64,000 nt of DNA, from positions 96,001-160,000 of the forward strand of contig CAVZRV010000006.1 in the NCBI GenBank assembly GCA_963777605.1. The letters run 5' to 3'. Source of the stretch: an uncultured Acidobacteriota bacterium. Lineage in GTDB: Bacteria > Acidobacteriota > UBA6911 > RPQK01 > JAPXNP01. Position 1 is the first letter of the stretch, and every line of letters begins with the position of its first letter. Made by a program: the position numbers and the translations under genes. Below are positions 57,908 to 64,000 of the stretch, in pieces. The notes under the pieces are model-generated. The model saw only the letters and a list, made by a program, of their open reading frames with translations, was not told the origin of the DNA and made no database searches.

Positions 57908-60208
57908 ATGATCACAACATCGGCCGACAATGGGAGTCTCTCACCATGGTGGAGGCACTCAGCCATTCTCGTGATGATCGCCGGCTTTTCGGTTCTTTCC
58001 CTCGTTACCGTCTTGACCTATACGAACGCTCCGCCCATCCCCGAGCAGGTTACGGATGGAACGGGGACCGTGGTGTTTACCAAGGCCGATATCCTGAAGG
58101 GCCAGGGAGTCTTTCTCAAGTACGGCCTCATGGAGCACGGGAGCCTCTGGGGTCACGGGGCTTACCTGGGTCCGGACTACAGCGCGGAGTACCTGCACCG
58201 GCTCAGCGAAGTGACACGGGACACGATTGCGAACGAGCAGTACGGAAAGCCCTTCGCGCAACTTACCCCGGACGAACAGAGCGCGGCATCTGCGCGGACG
58301 ATCACGGTGCTCAAGGAAAACCGTTACGAGCCGGCATCCCAAACTCTCCGGTTCTCGCCGGGCGAGGTGGCTGCCTACCAGACCCAGCTTCCAGAATGGA
58401 GTGACTACTTCACCCGAAAGGACGCCGCTCCGGGGCTTGCGGCCGGGTCGATTCAGAACCCTGGCGAGATTGAGGCTCTGACGGCGTATTTCGCCTGGGC
58501 GGCCTGGGCTACCACGGCGAATCGCCCTGGGAAGGACTACTCGTACACCAATAATTGGCCGTACGAGCCCATCGCCGGCAACCGTCCTTCTACCGAGGCC
58601 TATGTCTGGAGCGCCATGAGTCTGATCACTCTCCTCGCGGGGCTCGGGTTGATCCTCTTCGTCGTCGGCAAGTTCGACTACCTGGGCTGGAAGGGCGAGA
58701 GTGCCGGTTCCGAGGATATGCCGACTGCCTTATCACGGCCCCAAGTGTCTCTGCCTGCGTTGCAGCTCACACCCAGCCAGTGGGCTACGGGGTGGTTTTT
58801 CGGCATCGTGGCTCTGCTGTTCCTGGCCCAGTCCTTTCTGGGCGGAGCACTCGCGCACTATCGGGTCGAGTCCGGAGCCTTTTACGGGCTTGACCTGGCT
58901 CGCTGGCTACCCTATAACCTGGCTCGCACCTGGCACCTGCAACTTGCCATCTTCTGGATTGCTACTGCGTGGGTGGGTGGCGGCCTTTTCCTGGCTTCGT
59001 GGGTCGGCGGCAGTGAGCCCAGACGCCAGAAGCTGGGAGTGTACGCGCTCCTCGGTGCGCTGGTGGTGGTAGTCGTTGGCAGCATGGCGGGAGAGGCGCT
59101 CGGTATCAACGACAAGCTCGGCCAGGCCTGGTTTTGGTTCGGCCACCAGGGCTCCGAGTACCTGGATCTGGGGCGGTTCTGGCAGCTCCTGCTGGCCGCT
59201 GGCCTCCTCTTCTGGCTCTGGCTGATGTTTCGTGCTCTCAAACCCGCGTTCAAGAGCCCTGACAAGCGCCAACTGTCCTCACTCTTTCTCTATGCAGCTG
59301 TGGCCATCCCTGTCTTCTACCTGCCCGCCCTTTTCTATGGCCCGGAGACCAACTTCGCCATCATCGACAACTGGCGCTTCTGGATCATTCATCTCTGGGT
59401 GGAGGGATTCTTCGAGATCTTCGCGACGGTCCTGGTGGCCATCATGTTCCACCAGATGGGAGTCGTCAGCAGCAAGACCGTCACGCGCCTGATCTACCTG
59501 GACGTTATCCTGTATCTCAGCGGCGGGATCATCGGCACGGGCCACCATTGGTACTTTACCGGGCAGGGAACCCTCAACATGGGGCTGGCAGCATGCTTCT
59601 CCGCTCTGGAAGTCGTGCCCCTGACGCTGCTGACTCTGGACGCCTGGGATTTCATCAAGCTGAGTAAGGCGGAGGGCCCCACCGATCTGGTCTCGAGCCA
59701 GAAGTGGTCGATCTACTTCCTCATGGCGGTGGGAGTCTGGAACTTCGTTGGCGCGGGGATCTTCGGTTTCCTGATCAACCTGCCGATCGTGTCCTACTTC
59801 GAGGTGGGCACGACGCTCACTGCCAACCACGGACACGCGGCCATGTTCGGTGTCTTCGGAATGTTGGCGCTGGCGGTCCTGGTCTTCTGTTTGAGAGCGA
59901 TGCAATCCGACAGCACCTGGAAGGGGACGGAGAAGTTCATCCGAGTGGGCTTCTGGGGCGCCAACGCGGGCCTCGCCCTGATGGTGATCCTGGATCTGTT
60001 TCCGGGAGGAGTCATCCAACTCTGGGATTCCATTGCCAACGGGTATTGGCACGCGCGCCGCCTGACCTTTCTAATGGGCGGTACCTTCCACAAGCTGGAG
60101 TGGATTCGCCTGGTAGGCGATACTGTTTTTCTCCTCGCCGGTGCCCTGCCCATCACGCTGGCTGCCCTGCGCAGCGTGTGGAAAAGGGACCTCGCCCCCT
60201 CGAAGTGA
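57908..60208 (+). CDS. norB: Quinol-dependent nitric oxide reductase (qNOR)
   Basis: GSLWGHGAYLGPDYSA, SYTNNWP, RTWHLQ, HLWVEGFFE, GTGHHWYF and NHGHAA motifs; 766-aa single subunit. Confidence 0.96.
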   Translation: MITTSADNGSLSPWWRHSAILVMIAGFSVLSLVTVLTYTNAPPIPEQVTDGTGTVVFTKADILKGQGVFLKYGLMEHGSLWGHGAYLGPDYSAEYLHRLSEVTRDTIANEQYGKPFAQLTPDEQSAASARTITVLKENRYEPASQTLRFSPGEVAAYQTQLPEWSDYFTRKDAAPGLAAGSIQNPGEIEALTAYFAWAAWATTANRPGKDYSYTNNWPYEPIAGNRPSTEAYVWSAMSLITLLAGLGLILFVVGKFDYLGWKGESAGSEDMPTALSRPQVSLPALQLTPSQWATGWFFGIVALLFLAQSFLGGALAHYRVESGAFYGLDLARWLPYNLARTWHLQLAIFWIATAWVGGGLFLASWVGGSEPRRQKLGVYALLGALVVVVVGSMAGEALGINDKLGQAWFWFGHQGSEYLDLGRFWQLLLAAGLLFWLWLMFRALKPAFKSPDKRQLSSLFLYAAVAIPVFYLPALFYGPETNFAIIDNWRFWIIHLWVEGFFEIFATVLVAIMFHQMGVVSSKTVTRLIYLDVILYLSGGIIGTGHHWYFTGQGTLNMGLAACFSALEVVPLTLLTLDAWDFIKLSKAEGPTDLVSSQKWSIYFLMAVGVWNFVGAGIFGFLINLPIVSYFEVGTTLTANHGHAAMFGVFGMLALAVLVFCLRAMQSDSTWKGTEKFIRVGFWGANAGLALMVILDLFPGGVIQLWDSIANGYWHARRLTFLMGGTFHKLEWIRLVGDTVFLLAGALPITLAALRSVWKRDLAPSK

Positions 60209-60474
60209 GGACCGTACCTCACTGGAAGACCAAGGGATGTGAAGCCGAAATACGGTTGGAAAGGGTGTTCGCCTTCGGCAACACGTCCCAGGCTCGGACA
60301 AGCCCGGTCCTCGTTGGGAAGCTTCAAACATGGATCCAGTTCGTCCATGCGGAGCTTCCCTCCGGTTTCAGCGGCGTCGGAGGTCGGTTTGGCAGTCTTC
60401 CTGCCCCCGAAGGAATCGCCAATCTGACAAGCTGGGCTGATGGGCTCGCTGCCGGGCTCCCCCCGCCGCAGGGT

Positions 60475-60762
60475 CTAATCCGCCTCGCGCAAATGTCCCT
60501 TGAACACCGCCACCACCAGGAAGTCGTCCCTCTCGGCGCGGCTCCGAACTTGAAAAGCCTGCCTGCGGGCTTGCTCCCCCGCGTCCGCAGCATCTCTCGC
60601 GTAAACATGCTCGGTGTAGTAGTCCTCCCTGCATTTCTTGGACAAATTCGCCGGGCAACAAATCAAAACGGTGTAGGGTTTCAGTCTTGAGCCAACGGTA
60701 CCTCGCAGCTTCCCTTCTTCGCGCTGGCTCCGTTCCACACCCCCTCGTAAAACGAGTCTCAT
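60475..60762 (-). CDS. Small hypothetical protein
   Basis: KPYTVLI...HVYARDAADAGEQAR...VVAVFKGH looks like a compact beta-alpha-beta domain; start uncertain. Confidence 0.35.
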   Translation of the reverse strand: MRLVLRGGVERSQREEGKLRGTVGSRLKPYTVLICCPANLSKKCREDYYTEHVYARDAADAGEQARRQAFQVRSRAERDDFLVVAVFKGHLREAD

Positions 60763-60836
60763 CCTACCCTCCCCAAGGGTTTACAGAAACGTTATGTGCG
60801 GTTGGATGCGGATTGGGGGCGGGAGTTGCGCCGGTA

Positions 60837-61510
60837 TCACCGCCGGAAAAGCTCGAACAGAGAAAAGCTTGTCACCATCGCATTCAGGTTATGGATTGCG
60901 ACGGCGACGGCTCCCACCAGAAGCAGTCTCCAGAGACGTTGGGCACCCAGCCCCAGGGCCGGCAGCAAGAACAGAGAAGGAACCAGGCTCACGACATTCG
61001 CGCGCCCCAGATAAGAGCCCGCCGATGCCAGGTTGGTTTCCAAGTCGGAGCCCGATCCGCGCCTCAGCAACCGTCGGGCAATGTTTCCGCCGCTCACGAA
61101 ACGAACCATTCGCACATCGTGCCCATACACGTAGAAGAAGCACCAATAATCACCCCAGGTCTCGGAATACAGAACCGGGACCCGCTCATTGCGGAAGGCC
61201 GCCCGGACAGGATCCGAGAAGAGGACGCCATCTCCGGCCCCAAGGTAAAGACGGGCAGGCTGGTTGGCCAGTGAGAAGTGCGCGGCCTTTTGCGGTTGAG
61301 TGCGGTAATCCTCCCGTACCGCATCGAGCAGACCGGAAAACGACGCCCCGACGACGACAAGAACGATCAGGAGCAGCGAGATGCGACTCACGATCCTGAA
61401 GACTGCCTGCCCTCTCAGAAACAAAAGGAGGGCGCACATGAGCACGACCAGAGGAACGGGCAGGAAATCCCACTGGCGAGAGAGGACCGCCAGGGAAAGG
61501 AAGATGCCGA
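60837..61510 (-). pseudogene. Probable fragment of a polytopic membrane protein
   Basis: Several TM segments plus PVLYSETWGDYW; no SD-supported start; ends appear truncated. Confidence 0.35.
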
Positions 61511-61843
61511 GCATTGCCGCGCCCAGTGGGGGCAGCCGCTTCTCCGCCTCCACCTTCAGCACGAGATAGATGTGAGCGCTCGCCCGGTTGAAGCATCTCC
61601 TCTTCAAGCCTCACGACGACTCCGTCCACTGGCGGACCAATCGTGAATACGCCTTGCTCAGTGTCGAAATCAAGCGAAGCAGTGGCTGCCAGAACACAGT
61701 GGCTAAACCAAGGCTGGCGAGGAAGGCTCGACGGTCGATCTGGATACCTCACCGCTGCTCAAGTGGTTCCTGGGCGGTTAACGCAACCTGGACGGTGAAG
61801 TCGCATCGTTTCCGGCTAGGAGTGCCTAAATCGGGTTGAGCGG

Positions 61844-61885
61844 AAAAAAAACAGCCGCAGCGACCGTTCAATCACCGCGGCTGTT
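61844..61885 (-). terminator. Rho-independent terminator of the PEP-CTERM gene
   Basis: AACAGCCGC...GCGGCTGTT stem followed by a T8 tract on the minus strand. Confidence 0.8.
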
Positions 61886-61896
61886 ATTGGGGTTCT

Positions 61897-62562
61897 TCAC
61901 TGACGGCGGCGTTTTATGTGAGATGAAACCAGCCCGACCATGCCGATCCCAAGCAGCACGAGGCCCGACGGCTCCGGAACCGATGTAACCGTTCCCTCGT
62001 AAAGCAATCCGAACGGGTTTGAATCGGTCGTTGTCCCAGTCCCGACTTGGAAGGCTTCAAACGTTATCGTGTGCAAACCATCCGTCACGAAGGTGAAATT
62101 GATCAGGCCAAACTCATCCGGTTCACAGCCAACTGGACCATTTGCACAAGTGCTCTGAGTAAAGTTCGGGGCGTAAACTTCCACGCCATCGATGAGGACG
62201 CGTGAAGTGTCGTCAGTCCAGACAGCCAAGTTCAGCGTCGATCCTGCCGCCGCGTTAAAGGTCTCAACTACCGTCATTACGACAGCGGTGCCAGCGTATG
62301 GTGCGAGAGTTCCCCCTCCGACACCAGTTTGCGCGTAGGAGATCCACACTGCACCAGATTCTCCCACGCCATTATGATTCGGTTCCCAAGCTGAATGGAC
62401 GCCGATCGCCACTGCACCTCCGGCCGGAATACTACCTGGCGCATTGACATACGTTATCGTGTCGCTCGGATTCGAGATGATCACCACCGGATCAGCCAAG
62501 ACGGTTCCGAAACTGATGAGTAGGGCAGAAATGACGATCGCCAGAACGATGGAAGATTTCAT
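61897..62562 (-). CDS. PEP-CTERM sorting domain surface protein (221 aa)
   Basis: Signal peptide MKSSIVLAIV...VLA; C-terminal VPEPSGLVLLGIGMVGLV..IKRRRQ. Confidence 0.93.
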   Translation of the reverse strand: MKSSIVLAIVISALLISFGTVLADPVVIISNPSDTITYVNAPGSIPAGGAVAIGVHSAWEPNHNGVGESGAVWISYAQTGVGGGTLAPYAGTAVVMTVVETFNAAAGSTLNLAVWTDDTSRVLIDGVEVYAPNFTQSTCANGPVGCEPDEFGLINFTFVTDGLHTITFEAFQVGTGTTTDSNPFGLLYEGTVTSVPEPSGLVLLGIGMVGLVSSHIKRRRQ

Positions 62563-62611
62563 TGAGTTCACTTGTCCTCTCCTCGCATTGAGTTCACTTA
62601 TTCTCTCCTCG
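62560..62611 (-). repeat. 26-nt tandem duplication of the ribosome-binding site and start codon
   Basis: Minus strand CGAGGAGAGAATAAGTGAACTCAATG then CGAGGAGAGGACAAGTGAACTCAATG (2 mismatches). Confidence 0.9.
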
Positions 62612-62623
62612 GAGATGAGAGCA

Positions 62624-62640
62624 TGCAAGAAGAATGCCAG
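62624..62640 (-). promoter_or_regulatory. Sigma-54 (-24/-12) promoter of the PEP-CTERM gene
   Basis: CTGGCATTCTTCTTGCA: GG-N10-GC with canonical TGGCA/TTGCA. Confidence 0.85.
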
Positions 62641-62779
62641 CAACTGCGCCGCTTCCCAGCCCATAACGCTAAATCCTAGAGCGTAAATAGTTTCCCGAGT
62701 CGAGATTCACTGCACTTGCCAGTTGATACCGGGGGTGGGTTCCGAGACCTTAACTGTTGTGGTTTCGATTAATCGGAAA

Positions 62780-62796
62780 CGTCGGGTTACTTTACA
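62780..62796. promoter_or_regulatory. PEP-CTERM-box-like enhancer (candidate PrsR-type bEBP site)
   Basis: CGTCGGGTTACTTTACA about 140 bp upstream of the -24 element. Confidence 0.65.
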
Positions 62797-62930
62797 CCTA
62801 AAGCCAACATGGCCCGCTGGTGATTCCTTCATAGGGCTCAAAGTTTCTGGAGCTAGTGTGCTTATAGCGATTCACAGCCTAATAGGATGAATTGTGAATT
62901 AACGAAGAATTTCGACGTAGGAGGACCAGA

Positions 62931-63999
62931 GTGTCCGTCAATGATTCCGGCCGGTTGCGTTTGTGGGGACGACGCCCCCTGGTCCAAGACCGGACCTTGA
63001 TATCGGCGACGGGACCACCCTCACGCGGCAGGATCTCGTGAACTCCGTGAGCCAGGAGATCGGAAACAAGCTGAAACAGATTCAGGTGCTCATGAGCGTG
63101 ATGTCCGGCGAGGCCCAAGGCGCGGTTCCGCCGGGACAGCTCGAGCAGTTCGGAGTGGAGTTGCAGGCGACGTTAGAGCGCATCGGCCAGCTTCGAGAAC
63201 CGACTCCGAGCGAAGGTAAACCCCAGATCCAGGAACTCACCACGAACCTGACCCTGAGCATCTTCGTTCTCTCGACGCTGACTGCCATCGCCGTGGCTTT
63301 CTACGTTTCGCGCTTCTTCAACCGCCGGCTCGGAAAGCTTCGGGAAGGGGCGTAAATCATCGGCTCCATGAATCTGGATCATCGGATCAAGGTGGACGGA
63401 AATGATGAGTTCGGGCAGATGGCCTCCGCGTTCAATTCGATGACGGAGGAACTCGATCTGGCTCGGGGTCGCCTGACCGACGCAGACCGCCAGCTCGCCT
63501 TGCGAAGCCGGGAAATTGCACAGGAAAAGATGCGTTCGGAGGAGTTACTGCAGAATATCCTGCCCGATGAGGTAGCTCAAGAACTGCACCTCAAAGGCGC
63601 GGACGATCCAAAGAATTTCGAGGATGTGACGATTCTGTTCATCGATTTCGTTGGGTTATCCCATTCGACGCTGCGTCTCTCTGCTGAGGAATTGGTCGAT
63701 AATCTCCACGATTACTTCACGGCGTTCGACCGGATCGTCTATCGATATCAACTCGAGAAACTCAAGACGATCGGAGATTCCTACATGTGCGCCGGTGGGC
63801 TCCCCGTCAGAAACCCCGCCCACCCCGTCGAAGCGGTTTTGACGGGATTTGAGTTCCTGGAGACGGTTCGTCTGAGAGACTGCCCGGAAAACTCTGCCCG
63901 GTGGGGGGTGCGCATCGGGATTCACACCGAACCGGTGATTGCTGGAGTGGTGGTATCCGCAAGTTCGCATTCGATGTGTGGGGAGAAACCGTGTCGTGA
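62931..63999 (+). pseudogene. Disrupted membrane HAMP + class III adenylate/guanylate cyclase
   Basis: TM, HAMP (DEFGQMASAFNSM), LLQNILP, TILFIDFVG, KTIGDSYM and RIGIHT motifs. Lesions: in-frame TAA at 63353-63355, frameshift ~63952, and TGA at 63997 replacing the NxASR motif. Confidence 0.85.
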
Positions 64000-64000
64000 T

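Noticed and set aside
57908-60208. qNOR as a putative NO dismutase (Nod)
   Set aside because: All canonical His ligands and the catalytic Glu are present (HLWVEGFFE, GTGHH, HGH); the Nod-type substitutions are absent.
61611-61745. Tat-like peptide IDRRAFLASLGLA on the minus strand
   Set aside because: An in-frame TGA lies immediately upstream, there is no start codon and the frame is only ~44 codons; chance or an unidentifiable relic.
63353-63355. Stop-codon recoding in the cyclase
   Set aside because: The codon is TAA in a HAMP helix with no recoding signal, and the gene has further independent lesions.
1-64000. CRISPR array, tRNA/rRNA, riboswitch, integrase or transposase
   Set aside because: No regularly spaced repeats, cloverleaf or recognisable mobile-element ORF seen by eye; a covariance-model scan of the intergenic gaps would be needed to exclude small RNAs.

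Overview
GC-rich bacterial chromosomal segment, most likely Acidobacteriota. That call is inferred from an acidobacterial-type VWA protein, a long LptC/LptA fusion, an LxSWK..RTxQxWE..GLPVHR membrane regulator and a PEP-CTERM protein. 1-9.5 kb is a minus-strand housekeeping operon: recJ, lptC/A, lptB, rpoN, hprK, rapZ, EIIA(Man), ptsH, ptsI. 9.5-20 kb holds nadE, an MFS transporter, an Xaa-Pro peptidase, a TPR protein, a eukaryotic-type citrate synthase, a cytochrome c and a non-pyrrolysine MttB homologue. 20-47 kb is mostly exported glycan and amino-sugar enzymes, including a pfkB-GH4-APC permease-PIG-L operon. After that come an RND pair, a qNOR and a decaying accessory tail with a sigma54-driven PEP-CTERM gene and an adenylate cyclase pseudogene. 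The best hidden signal is an unannotated exported thioredoxin-like selenoprotein (29087-29629) with an in-frame UGA in a UxxC motif followed by a SECIS-like hairpin. About nine single-base frameshifts in otherwise intact genes look like long-read consensus errors. No rRNA, tRNA, CRISPR array or transposase was recognised. All family calls come from motif recognition, not database searches.
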